This document shows, one piece after another, positions 34,393-43,661 of a stretch of 64,000 nt of DNA. The notes beneath the pieces are model-generated. The model searched no databases. It saw nothing but the letters and a program-made list of their open reading frames with translations, and had not been told where the DNA came from. The number at the start of each line of letters is the position of its first letter. Position 1 is the first letter of the stretch. Source of the DNA: Solirubrobacteraceae bacterium (GTDB taxonomy: Bacteria > Actinomycetota > Thermoleophilia > Solirubrobacterales > Solirubrobacteraceae). Both the position numbers and the translations under genes were made by a program. The stretch is taken from positions 4,264 through 68,263 of the forward strand of contig DASZHF010000126.1 of NCBI GenBank assembly GCA_035938095.1. The letters are read 5' to 3'.

Positions 34393-35454
34393 GTGCCACG
34401 GCACTTCGCATCCGTCGCGCTCGGCGTCGTCGGGCTACTCGCGCTCCCGGCGACCGGCATCGCGGCCACCACCGTCGTCGGGAGTGACCTCAGCCACCCG
34501 GCTGACACCGTGGTTCAGCACGGCGCGGACACAGCGGTCTGGAATGTCGCTCTCGGATCTTCGGGCTCGGGAGCCGCGGCCGGAGCTGTCATGCCCAGTG
34601 ACGGTCAGATCACGACGATCAGGCTGAAGGGCACCGCACACGTCAGCCCGAGCGGGGTGGCGCCCCTGACCCAGATCCACTTCCAGGACCTCGTTCCCCA
34701 ACCCGATGGCTCCGTGAAGGTGGATGTCACGACCGGGGCCTTCGACATTCCGACCTCGGGCGATCCCAACCGGGTGAGCGAGTTTCACCCCGAGAACTTC
34801 TGCGTCCACAGGGGGGACTACGTCGCGTTCAACGACGAGGGCGGCTTCGATCCGAACAACTATCCCAACGGGGTCGCCTACCAGGTCCTCGCGCGGGTTC
34901 CCGGGTCGGTCGCCGACGAGTACACCAAGGACAATGGCACCAAGAACGGCGCCCAGTTCACGGGAAGTCCTCTTCAGGGCGAGGAGCTGCTAGTCCAAGA
35001 GGTGCTGGCTACCGGCCCGGACGCCACGCCCCTGTGCCCCGGCGGTACTCAGGGAACGGCCCCGAGCCGGCCGAGCGGTGGCACGCCGCGCGCCGGAGGC
35101 GGACAGCCCGGCCTGAGCGCGGTCACGGTGCCCTTGCAGACGGACAAGGTGAATCGGCAGGGCTTCGTGCAGATCGCCCTCGTGTGCAACACCACCGCTC
35201 CCTGCGACGGCTCATTGACGCTGGGCCCGGCGTCGAGCGGCGGCAGCGGAGCGTCATCCACTCTGGGCACGAGCAGCTTCCACCTGCAACCGCACCAGGC
35301 GAGCAAAGTGAAACTGCAGCTGACCAGGCAAGCCCAGAAGCTCCTTCGTCATCGTCACGGCCGCGCGACCCGCGTAAAGCTCACCGTCTCCAGCGGGACG
35401 GGGGGCGCCCCGGTGAGCACGACCTCGAAGGTCAAGCTCAAGAGTGGCCACTAG
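34393..35454 (+). CDS. Secreted hypothetical protein
   Basis: Signal peptide FASVALGVVGLLALPATGIAA. Beta-rich sequence with GC-rich third positions. I recognise no family. Confidence 0.75.
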   Translation: MPRHFASVALGVVGLLALPATGIAATTVVGSDLSHPADTVVQHGADTAVWNVALGSSGSGAAAGAVMPSDGQITTIRLKGTAHVSPSGVAPLTQIHFQDLVPQPDGSVKVDVTTGAFDIPTSGDPNRVSEFHPENFCVHRGDYVAFNDEGGFDPNNYPNGVAYQVLARVPGSVADEYTKDNGTKNGAQFTGSPLQGEELLVQEVLATGPDATPLCPGGTQGTAPSRPSGGTPRAGGGQPGLSAVTVPLQTDKVNRQGFVQIALVCNTTAPCDGSLTLGPASSGGSGASSTLGTSSFHLQPHQASKVKLQLTRQAQKLLRHRHGRATRVKLTVSSGTGGAPVSTTSKVKLKSGH

Positions 35455-35495
35455 CCACCCCATCACCGTCGTCGGTCTGCTGAGAGACGGTTCAC

Positions 35496-35879
35496 ATGCT
35501 CAAGCCCAATTTGGTGATCGGCCTATTCGCCGCGGCGGCCGCAATCGGTGCCCTGGGGTTATTCGTCTTCACCACCCACCTTCACCGCCACGCCCTCTCA
35601 GGCCCCCCGAACGCCAATGCGGCGGTGGGCCAGTACGGCCAGAGCTGTACCGCCATTGCCACCCAGAATCGCACCCAGGAGCAGGCGCTAGTAAGCGCCG
35701 ACCGGCACAAGGAACAGGTGCTAATAGCTCAGATCCGGCGGGCCGGGCGCCGGCGCGGGAGGACTCCTCCCCGCCTCTGGCAGAGGCTCCAAACGTTGCG
35801 CAGGCAGGACCGACGCGCCGAGATCCGTCAGGTCGCTGCCGACCATTCCAGCCAGGGGAGCTGCCCGCAGGTGCCCTGA
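35496..35879 (+). CDS. Small membrane-anchored hypothetical protein
   Basis: N-terminal TM helix LVIGLFAAAAAIGALGLFVF. The C-terminal third is Arg-rich and less convincing. Confidence 0.4.
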   Translation: MLKPNLVIGLFAAAAAIGALGLFVFTTHLHRHALSGPPNANAAVGQYGQSCTAIATQNRTQEQALVSADRHKEQVLIAQIRRAGRRRGRTPPRLWQRLQTLRRQDRRAEIRQVAADHSSQGSCPQVP

Positions 35880-35950
35880 CGTGGGGCTGACAGAGCCGTC
35901 GAGACGAACCCGGTAGCCACACACGATCGCGCGTCCGGACCAGTCCGGGG

Positions 35951-38188
35951 TTGACTGGGCCGGTCTCGCAAGGGGACATGCAGACAACCACCGCAGCGAC
36001 GACACGGGGCATGGTGCTCCTGGCTGGCGTTCCGGTGGCATATGTCGCTGCGGTCGCCGGCGGGGCGTTCGCGGCGACCGCGATTCTGATCTCGCTGAGC
36101 CTCGCCCTGCTCGGGGTGGCGCGTGCCAACGCCGCCAAATCCTCGGACCACGTGGCGCTGGTCAGTCGGGCGGCCTCGGTGGTGCTCGGCATCCTTCCCG
36201 GGGCCCTCGTCCTCTACCTCGCGTTCAACGCTGGGGGGTTCTTCCCCCTGGTGCCGGCGCTGCTGGCAGTGGGTCTGCTGGTGACGGCCGCGCTGCGCGT
36301 GCTTCTCGTCCGGCGCCCCGGCGCTGGGCTGAGCCGGCCCCTGATCGTCGCCGGTTGCGCCCTCGCGACCTACACGCTCTGGGTGCTGCTGTCGGCGGTC
36401 TGGTCCCTCGCTCCGTGGCGAGCCCTCGTCGAGTTCGATCTCGCCCTCCTCTACACGTTGGCCGTCGTCGTGATGGGCTCGTTGCCGGCCAGCGATCGCC
36501 GGCTGCGATGGCAGATGCGAACCCTGGCCCTCGCGTGCCTCACCGTCTCGTTGGCGGCGCTCACCAGCCGCGTGCTCCCCTCCCTATGGCCGATCTCCAG
36601 CGACCTCTACGCCTCGCGCCTGACTTATCCAGTCACCTATCCCAACGCGCTCGGAATGATCGCCGCCATCGGCGTCATTCTGTGCACCGCGCTGACCACC
36701 AGCGTTCGCGAGACGCGAGCGACGCGGGTACTCGCGGCCGCCGCTCTCCCGCTGCTGGCGGCGACGCTGCTGCTGACATTCTCGCGCGGAGCGATCGCCG
36801 CGGCGATCATCGGGCTGGCGGCCTACCTGCTGCTCGGGCCCCGCCGCGCTCTGCTGACTGGGCTGCCCGCCGTGGTGCCCACCATAATCGCCGTGCGCGC
36901 CGCCTACCGCGCCAACCTGCTGGCGGCGCCCATGCCCGGACATCCCGGGCTCATCGAGCAGGGACATCACCTTGCGCTCACGGTTGCTCTCTGCTGCGTG
37001 GCCGCTGGGTCGATGCGCCTGGTCGTGGGTTTCGCCGAGACCCGCCTGGGCAACCTCTCGCCGCCCCGCCCTGGCGCCCGCTGGATCGGCGCCCTGGCCC
37101 GGAGCGCTTCGCTGGCCGCGGCCCTGACCGGCCTGCTGACACTGGGCGCTCCCCAAACTATCGCCCGCGAGTACGGCCGTTTCGTCCATGGGAGCCCGGC
37201 CGGTCCCCAGCAGGTGCGCGACCGGTTGACCAACGTCGGCGGCGACCAACGCCTGCAGTACTGGAGAGTCGCTCTTGCCGGCTACCGAAGCGCGCCGCTC
37301 ACCGGCGGCGGAGCCGGGACCTATGCCCTGCTGTGGGCGGCGCGGCGTCCGACTGGGGAGCAGGTACTCGACGCCCATTCGTTGTACTTCGAGAATCTCG
37401 CCGAGCTCGGACTGGTCGGCACCGGACTTCTCGCGCTCGCGCTGGGCGCAATTTTCGGCGGACTGGCGACTCGCATCCGGGGGTCCGACCGGGCGCTGCC
37501 CGCCGGTGCGTTCGCCGTCGCTCTCGCCTGGGCGGTTCACGCGGGCGTGGACTGGGACTGGGAGATGCCGGCGGTGTCACTGCCGATCTTCCTGCTCGCG
37601 GGCACAGCGCTCGCGCGACCGGCCAGCGCGCGGCCGAACCAGGCCGCCCGAAGCGCCGGCCGACGCGCGCGCAGGACCCGAATGGCAGCCGCCCTGGCCC
37701 TCTTGGGCCTGGCCGCCCTGCCCGCGGCGGTCGGGGCCTCGCAGACTCGCATGAACAGCGCGCTTACGGCGCTCGGACGGGGAGACTGCCGGCGGGCCGG
37801 CGTCGAGGCGAGGGCGGCGCTCGATCCCCTCGCTGTGCGCGCCGACGCGCACGAGGTCCTGGGCTATTGCGCCGCGGCCCGCGGGCAGTGGCGCCCGGCA
37901 CAGGCCGAGATGGATCGGGCGGTGCATAGCGACCCGCAGAGCTGGGAGCCCCGCTACGGGCGCGCGATCGTTCGCGGGGCGGCGGGTCTGGATCCTCGAG
38001 CCGCCATTCGCGAGGCGGTCGCCCTGAATCCGGGCGCTGTCAACAGAGACGCGGCCGCGCGGTTCCTCGGCGCGGGCCCAACCGGCTGGCGCTCGGACGC
38101 CCAAGTGGCGAGCGTGCGAATCGCGGGCGATGACTATCCCGACCTGCTGGAGCTCGGCCAGCGCGCGGCGGAAACCGAGAGCGGGTAG
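35951..38188 (+). CDS. O-antigen ligase/Wzy-like polymerase family membrane protein with C-terminal TPR-like region
   Basis: LLLTFSRGAIAAAIIGLAAYLLLG and AHSLYFENLAELGLVG are typical of the Wzy_C/O-antigen ligase family. Soluble TPR-like tail. Start is uncertain (TTG 35951 or ATG 35977). Paralog of 53967..56249. Confidence 0.85.
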   Translation: MTGPVSQGDMQTTTAATTRGMVLLAGVPVAYVAAVAGGAFAATAILISLSLALLGVARANAAKSSDHVALVSRAASVVLGILPGALVLYLAFNAGGFFPLVPALLAVGLLVTAALRVLLVRRPGAGLSRPLIVAGCALATYTLWVLLSAVWSLAPWRALVEFDLALLYTLAVVVMGSLPASDRRLRWQMRTLALACLTVSLAALTSRVLPSLWPISSDLYASRLTYPVTYPNALGMIAAIGVILCTALTTSVRETRATRVLAAAALPLLAATLLLTFSRGAIAAAIIGLAAYLLLGPRRALLTGLPAVVPTIIAVRAAYRANLLAAPMPGHPGLIEQGHHLALTVALCCVAAGSMRLVVGFAETRLGNLSPPRPGARWIGALARSASLAAALTGLLTLGAPQTIAREYGRFVHGSPAGPQQVRDRLTNVGGDQRLQYWRVALAGYRSAPLTGGGAGTYALLWAARRPTGEQVLDAHSLYFENLAELGLVGTGLLALALGAIFGGLATRIRGSDRALPAGAFAVALAWAVHAGVDWDWEMPAVSLPIFLLAGTALARPASARPNQAARSAGRRARRTRMAAALALLGLAALPAAVGASQTRMNSALTALGRGDCRRAGVEARAALDPLAVRADAHEVLGYCAAARGQWRPAQAEMDRAVHSDPQSWEPRYGRAIVRGAAGLDPRAAIREAVALNPGAVNRDAAARFLGAGPTGWRSDAQVASVRIAGDDYPDLLELGQRAAETESG

Positions 38189-38243
38189 GCGAGCCCATGC
38201 GTGGCGTTTCAGCCCAACCGCACGAATCGACCTCCGAGCCAGG

Positions 38244-40046
38244 ATGACGAGCAGCGGCCGTCCCGAGCAACCGGTGCAGAGTCGCAGCCTTGGGGTTGTG
38301 CCCACGGAGGTGCTGCTCGTCGAGGCCAGCCGCGGCGACGCGCGGCGCCTGATGAGGATGCTCGCCCAGGGTGAGAGCGAGTGCTACACGGTGACCGTGG
38401 CGCACAGCTTCGCCGAAGCTTGCCGGCGCATGGCCGCCGACCGCTACGACGTGGTACTGCTGAATCCGTCGCTGCCCGATGCCAATGAGCTCGAGGCGCT
38501 CACGCTGGCGGAATCCAGCTCGGTGGACGTTCCGGTCGTGGTCCTATCGGGACGTGACGACGAGGGGGCAGCGCTCGATGCGATCGGTGCCGGGGCACAG
38601 GACTGGCTCGAGAAGGGTGCCATCGACCGCGAGCGCCTAACCCGCGCGATCCGCTATGCGATCACGCGTACGCACGCCTCCCAGCACCGGGCCGGTGGGC
38701 TCTACTACGACCATCGCACCGGCCTGCCGACCCGGGTTTCCCTGGCGCGCGAGCTGCCGTCGGCGCTGGCCCGGGCGGCCCGCGAGAGGCGGGTGCTCGC
38801 AGTCCTGTGCATCGCGGTCGAGGAGACGCCGGGGCTGGCGGGCGGCGAGCTCCTGTTGCGCTCGATGGCGGACCGGCTGTCGGGATGCCTACGTGATGGC
38901 GATGCGCTCGGCTATATCGGCGGCCGGCATTTCGCCGTCGTAGCCGAGGCACAGCAACCGGCCGACGGCGGGCCAATCGCGCGCCGGTTGCTCGAGGTGT
39001 TCAAGCGGCCCTTCGTCGTGCACGGATCCCCGATCCGGGCCAGCGCCAGCGTTGGCGTGGCGATCTCCGGTTCGGACGGCGATCGCGCCGCTGAACCGCC
39101 GCTCGGTCGAGACCGAGGCGATCGCGCCGAGATGCTGCTGACCAGCGCCGCCGCGGCCGCCCTGCACGCGGCGGGCCGGGGCGGCGGAAGCTTCGCCTTC
39201 GCCGATCAGGAGCTCGACGCCGAGGCGATGCGCCGGCACGACTTGGAGACCGGACTGGGGCCGGCGCTCGAGTCCGACCAGCTGACGCTGCACTACCAAC
39301 CACTACTGAGCGCTCATGGCACAGGGGTGAGCGCGCTGGAGGCGCTCGTCCGCTGGGAGCACCCCGAGCGTGGCGTGATCCCGCCGCTGGAGTTCATCCC
39401 GATCGCGGAGCGCAGCGGGCTGATCGTGCAGCTGGGCGAGTGGGTGCTAGAGCGCGCCTGCCGCCAGTTGACGAGATGGGACGCGGCGGGTCTCCCGCCG
39501 GTGCGCGTCGCGGTCAACATGTCCGCGCGCCAGTTCAGCTCGCCCGGACTGGTCACGAGCGTCGCGGGCGTGCTTGCGCACAGCGGCCTCGCTCCGGGGC
39601 GCCTGGACCTCGAACTCACCGAGAGTGTGTTCGCCGATCTCGATACCAGCGTCGAGGTTCTCCAGAGGGTGCGCCAACTCGGGGTGCGGGTATCGCTCGA
39701 CGACTTCGGCACGGGCTACTCGTCGCTGAGCTACCTCGCGCGCATGCCGATCGATGCCGTGAAGATCGACCGCGCGTTCGTCACCCGCGCCCTGGAGGAT
39801 CCTCACGCGGCAGCAGTTGTCGCGTCGGTCATCGCGATCGCACGCCAGCTCGGGATCGAGACCGTGGGCGAAGGTGTCGAAACGCCACAGCAGGCTCGAT
39901 ACATGACCGAGCAGGGCTGCGACCTCCTGCAGGGCTACCTCTACAGCCGGCCGCTTGCGCCGGCCGCCGCCCAGACCTGGCTGGCCGAGCGAGCCGGGGA
40001 CGCAATCCGCTGGGACCGGCGCCGGGCGGGCGGGGCGTATGGCTGA
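38244..40046 (+). CDS. Atypical REC, degenerate GGDEF and EAL c-di-GMP phosphodiesterase
   Basis: The receiver-like N-terminus has N where the phospho-acceptor Asp is expected (DVVLLNPSLPD). The GGDEF site is degenerate (GGRHF) but RDGD sits at the I-site position. The EAL domain looks intact (EALVRW, DDFGTGYSSL, KIDR, EGVET, QGY). Confidence 0.88.
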   Translation: MTSSGRPEQPVQSRSLGVVPTEVLLVEASRGDARRLMRMLAQGESECYTVTVAHSFAEACRRMAADRYDVVLLNPSLPDANELEALTLAESSSVDVPVVVLSGRDDEGAALDAIGAGAQDWLEKGAIDRERLTRAIRYAITRTHASQHRAGGLYYDHRTGLPTRVSLARELPSALARAARERRVLAVLCIAVEETPGLAGGELLLRSMADRLSGCLRDGDALGYIGGRHFAVVAEAQQPADGGPIARRLLEVFKRPFVVHGSPIRASASVGVAISGSDGDRAAEPPLGRDRGDRAEMLLTSAAAAALHAAGRGGGSFAFADQELDAEAMRRHDLETGLGPALESDQLTLHYQPLLSAHGTGVSALEALVRWEHPERGVIPPLEFIPIAERSGLIVQLGEWVLERACRQLTRWDAAGLPPVRVAVNMSARQFSSPGLVTSVAGVLAHSGLAPGRLDLELTESVFADLDTSVEVLQRVRQLGVRVSLDDFGTGYSSLSYLARMPIDAVKIDRAFVTRALEDPHAAAVVASVIAIARQLGIETVGEGVETPQQARYMTEQGCDLLQGYLYSRPLAPAAAQTWLAERAGDAIRWDRRRAGGAYG

Positions 40047-40491
40047 GCAGGCGAATTGCTTCGACGACCCGCGGCTGGTCAAGGCGATGGCGCACCCGCT
40101 GCGGCGAAGAATCCTGGAGATCCTCCAGGCTGGAATCGCAAGCCCGACCGAGTTGTCCAGGGAGCTGTCGGAGCCGCTCGGCAACGTCTCGTATCACATC
40201 CGGGTCCTCTCGGAGGTGGGGCTGGTCCGGCTGGTGCGACGTACCGAGCGCCGGGGCGCGTTCGAGCACCATTACGAGGCGGTGACCGGCGTACTGCTGG
40301 GCGACCGCTGTCCGCTGACACTCGACGCGCTGGCGTTCGAGCAACTCTCGGGCGAGATCGCCAAGCTGCTCGAAAGAGCCCAGCGCCTGCATGAACAGAC
40401 CCTCGACCGTCAGGCCGGCGTCGCGGCCACGCCCAATGGCGGCACCGGGGGACTCATACTGATGCTCTACCAGGCGTCGCCGGCGATGTGA
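40039..40491 (+). CDS. ArsR-family winged-helix transcriptional regulator
   Basis: MAHPLRRRILEILQAGIASPTELSRELSEPLGNVSYHIRVLSEVGLV...RGAFEHHYE. The ATG at 40039 overlaps the end of the EAL gene. Paralog of 3505..3975. Confidence 0.85.
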   Translation: MAEQANCFDDPRLVKAMAHPLRRRILEILQAGIASPTELSRELSEPLGNVSYHIRVLSEVGLVRLVRRTERRGAFEHHYEAVTGVLLGDRCPLTLDALAFEQLSGEIAKLLERAQRLHEQTLDRQAGVAATPNGGTGGLILMLYQASPAM

Positions 40492-40607
40492 GCGCGACCC
40501 GGACGCCGGATCTGGTCGTGACAGCTCCAGATCACATTCCGTAGAACCCGCACTCGGCATGCCCGACCGGCCGTAGCTGATCCAATAGGGGACGAAAGGA
40601 CGGCGCC

Positions 40608-41717
40608 ATGCGCGGGGCATCACGGTGGGCCAGAAGGCGGGTCAACGGGTGGGTGCTGCTGTCCCTGCTGGTAGCCGCCGGGGCCGTGTTTGCGCTCGTG
40701 CGCGTGGTCGTCATCACCGGTCCCAGCTGCACTCCTTCGTTCGGAAGCTATGGCGCCAAGGTGCGCCCGCCGGGGTGCTGGCGCCCCTACTCCGATCAGA
40801 GTCCCTTCAACCGGCCGCTGCCCCTACACCCCGTGCTCTCCACCCACTCCTCGGCGATAGTGGCCCGGCTCATAAGCTTCGGCCGGGCGCAGAACCTGCT
40901 GGCGGGAACCGCCGGGCGCGGCGAGCTCGACGGCGGCCGGCCGATCTACTTCTCCTCACCGGGCGACGCTCCCTACACGCTGCACTGCACCGAGCACTGG
41001 GGGCGCTGCGCGCTCGAGGGCCTGCGGGTCGCCGTGCCCGCGGCGGCGCAGCCCGCCGGCGGCTCGGACGCCCACCTGACCGTCATCGATCAGCGATCGG
41101 GCTGGGAGTATGACCTCTGGGGGGTGAGCTCCAAGCCAGCACGCGGGGGCAAGCTGGTCTTCCGTTGGGGCGGTAGGACCCGCGTGAACGGCGACGGCCT
41201 CGGATCGGCGGCCGTCGCCGCCGGATACGCGACGGCGGCCGGCGTGCTCCGGGCCGAGGAGTTGAGCTCGGGCGAGATCCGCCACGCCCTTTTCCTGGGT
41301 GTCAAGTGCGACTCCGGCCATTTCGTGTATCCCGCGCGCGCGGTCGGCGAGTCCTGCTCGAGCCTCGGACTCCCCAACCGCAACGCGCCGGCGATGGGCA
41401 GGCGCTTCCAGCTGGCGATGTCCGACGCTCAGATCGCCGCCCTGTCGATGCCGGCATGGAAGAAGACGATCCTGCGTGCGATGGCGCATTACGGCATGTT
41501 CGTCGGAGACACCGGCGGCAGCTGGGGGCTGGGCCAGGAGTCGAGCGTCGTGTACACGAGCTTCGGGCAGCCCGACGCGTGGGTGACGCTGGCCCGACGG
41601 TGGCAAGTCCCCTACTACGCGCCGGACCGCGACTACGTCTTCGACCTCAACGACGGGGTCGACTGGGCCCGCTATCTGCGCGTTGTCGCTCCCTGCGTGT
41701 CGCAGGGCACCTGCTAG
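40608..41717 (+). CDS. Secreted protein of unknown function, family member C
   Basis: N-terminal TM/signal WVLLSLLVAAGAVFALV. CWRPYSDQSPFN...GGSDAHLTVIDQRSGWEYDLWG...IRHALFLG...MGRRFQLAMSDAQIAAL...AHYGMFVGDTGGSWG...VAPCVSQGTC. Confidence 0.85.
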   Translation: MRGASRWARRRVNGWVLLSLLVAAGAVFALVRVVVITGPSCTPSFGSYGAKVRPPGCWRPYSDQSPFNRPLPLHPVLSTHSSAIVARLISFGRAQNLLAGTAGRGELDGGRPIYFSSPGDAPYTLHCTEHWGRCALEGLRVAVPAAAQPAGGSDAHLTVIDQRSGWEYDLWGVSSKPARGGKLVFRWGGRTRVNGDGLGSAAVAAGYATAAGVLRAEELSSGEIRHALFLGVKCDSGHFVYPARAVGESCSSLGLPNRNAPAMGRRFQLAMSDAQIAALSMPAWKKTILRAMAHYGMFVGDTGGSWGLGQESSVVYTSFGQPDAWVTLARRWQVPYYAPDRDYVFDLNDGVDWARYLRVVAPCVSQGTC

Positions 41718-41738
41718 CCGCACCCGTCGCGACGGCGC

Positions 41739-43034
41739 TCACGCGCCCGCGGGGCGCGGACCGGGGACGTAGCGGTAGTGATCGGGGAGAGGCCCCAGTG
41801 GATCGAGGGCCAGCGCCGCCCGGACCGCGGCCTCATGGTCCTCGGGTAGCGAGACCTCAACGTCAAGCCCGACCTTGGGAGGCTGGGCCAGCGCGCCGGA
41901 CTCCTGACGACCGAGCCAGGCGGACAGGTAGCGACCGCTGACGGTCGTCGGCGGCCACCACAGCGGCTCGTCGGAGGCCTCGCTGGACCCTCCCCCGCCG
42001 GCGATGTGGCCGCGCAGGAACCGCTCGTGCCCGCCGGTCATGAGCTTCCCGCTCAACACGGGTCGAAACGGCTGCGGATCAACCGGGGCTCCGACCCGGT
42101 GCGCGATGTGCTCGGCCGCGGCGTTGGCCTGCTGCGTGGCCAGGCCGCCGTGCTTGATCGGGAAGTTGGCTCCGTCTCCAGCCGCATAGACGGCGTCGAC
42201 GTCGAGCACGCGGGCGTGCTCGTCGATGGGTATGAAGCCGTCGTGGTCGCGCGGGAGACCGGCCAGACGGGAACCAGCCAGCAGGGGTAGGGCGACGATC
42301 CGTTCGGCGCTGAGGTCTCGGTCACCTGGCGCCAGGTGGATACGCCCCCCGGCCTCGACCTCGGCGTAGGCGCCGGCGACGACCTCGATGCCGCTGGCGT
42401 CGAGCAGTTCGGCGACCGAGCGACTCGCCTCGGGACCGAAGACGGCGAGCGGCGCGGACTCGGGCGTGATGATGGTCAGGCGAGCATCATCGATACCCAT
42501 CGACGCCACGTCGCGGGCGGTCATCAGCGCCAGTTCGTAGAGTGGGAGTGGCCAGTTCACGCCGGGCGGAACGATGAATGCAACGCTCTTGGCGTACCCC
42601 TCCTCCAGGTCGGCCAGCACCCCGTTGAGGGCAAGGGGATCGCGCTCGGTCCCGAATGTCAGGGCGTTCCCATAGGCCGGGTAGGGGTGGGCCCCGATCG
42701 CGACGAGCAGGAAGTCGTAGGAGAACTCGACCCCGGTCGTGGTCAGGACGCTCTGCTGGTCGGGGCGCACCGCGCAGATCGCGTTCAGGCGTAGGTCCGC
42801 GCCATACTCGGTCGCGAACTCGCTGAGGGGGTAACGCCGCACGTGAGCGACCGAGAAGGGCACGCCGACGGCGAGGGGCCTGAGCACGAAGTCGGGCTCG
42901 GGCGACAGGAGGGTGATTCGCACCCGGTCGCCGGCCAGGTCGCGGAGGGCCATGACCCCTTCGAGGGCGGCGACTCCACCGCCGGCGATCACGACCTCAG
43001 CGGGGGACGGGGCGCTTTCAGGAGGGCTGTTCAT
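41739..43034 (-). CDS. NAD(P)/FAD-dependent oxidoreductase (sulfide:quinone oxidoreductase / NDH-2-like)
   Basis: VVIAGGGVAALEGVMALRDL dinucleotide fold. The ATG at 43034 is preceded by GGAGG 5 to 6 nt upstream and is preferred to the 43064 track start. Confidence 0.85.
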   Translation of the reverse strand: MNSPPESAPSPAEVVIAGGGVAALEGVMALRDLAGDRVRITLLSPEPDFVLRPLAVGVPFSVAHVRRYPLSEFATEYGADLRLNAICAVRPDQQSVLTTTGVEFSYDFLLVAIGAHPYPAYGNALTFGTERDPLALNGVLADLEEGYAKSVAFIVPPGVNWPLPLYELALMTARDVASMGIDDARLTIITPESAPLAVFGPEASRSVAELLDASGIEVVAGAYAEVEAGGRIHLAPGDRDLSAERIVALPLLAGSRLAGLPRDHDGFIPIDEHARVLDVDAVYAAGDGANFPIKHGGLATQQANAAAEHIAHRVGAPVDPQPFRPVLSGKLMTGGHERFLRGHIAGGGGSSEASDEPLWWPPTTVSGRYLSAWLGRQESGALAQPPKVGLDVEVSLPEDHEAAVRAALALDPLGPLPDHYRYVPGPRPAGA

Positions 43035-43131
43035 GACCACCTCCGAGTCCGGGATTTCAACCAAGCGCCAAGCATGCTCCCACCTGGGCCCCGGTGTTTG
43101 TCCGGCGCGTCACTCGCCGGGCTGGTCGCGA

Positions 43132-43539
43132 CTACTCGGTGCCGCGCCAGGTGAACCACGCGAACAGGGCCTGCACCGGTAGCCGGGCCCAGAGCAGGGG
43201 CGTGGGAATGCGAGGAAACCGCTCGGACCGCACCGCCATATGGATGTTGGCTGGGTAGACCGCGACCAGCGTGGCCAGTAACCACCAGCGCCCGATCCGA
43301 CGCGTCGACTCCGACATTACGGCCAGGCCTCCCGCCAGCTCGGCGACCCCGCTGGCGACTACGACCTGACGCTTGTAGCCCGCCAGCGCCGGGGGAACGA
43401 TCTCCTCATACAGTCGGGGCCGGAGGAAGTGCAGCGAGCCGGCGAGCAACCAGAACAGTGCGAGGCCGTAGCGGCCTTTACTTCTGGCCGTCACCGCTCT
43501 ATGCGTTCTGGCCACCGCTCTGCCCCTTCTGGCCGCCAC
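43132..43539 (-). CDS. Small polytopic membrane protein (DoxX-like)
   Basis: LALFWLLAGSLHF...VASGVAELAGGLAV...WWLLATLVAVYPANIHMA. The start is uncertain, since GTGs at 43494, 43515 and 43539 all lie inside a direct-repeat array. Confidence 0.6.
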   Translation of the reverse strand: MAARRGRAVARTHRAVTARSKGRYGLALFWLLAGSLHFLRPRLYEEIVPPALAGYKRQVVVASGVAELAGGLAVMSESTRRIGRWWLLATLVAVYPANIHMAVRSERFPRIPTPLLWARLPVQALFAWFTWRGTE

Positions 43540-43545
43540 CGCTCA
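43482..43545. repeat. Three direct repeats TTCTGGCC(G)(T/C)CACCGCTC at 24- and 21-nt spacing
   Basis: Copies are at 43482..43500, 43506..43521 and 43527..43545, between the TetR stop and the DoxX-like body. Confidence 0.8.
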
Positions 43546-43661
43546 ACCCCTGTATCGAGACCCGGGCCCTATCGACGATGGTCGCACCGGTATTGGACGC
43601 CGGCGTGCATTTCAGGTGGGGTTCAGTCCGCCTCATTTACGCTCTCGCCAGCTTGTGCTTG

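Noticed and set aside
36355-37929. 524-aa ORF (+) and 318-aa ORF (-) overlapping the first Wzy-like gene
   Set aside because: These are out-of-frame or antisense Arg/Pro/Gly-rich translations. The 745-aa frame has the TM helices and Wzy_C-type motifs.
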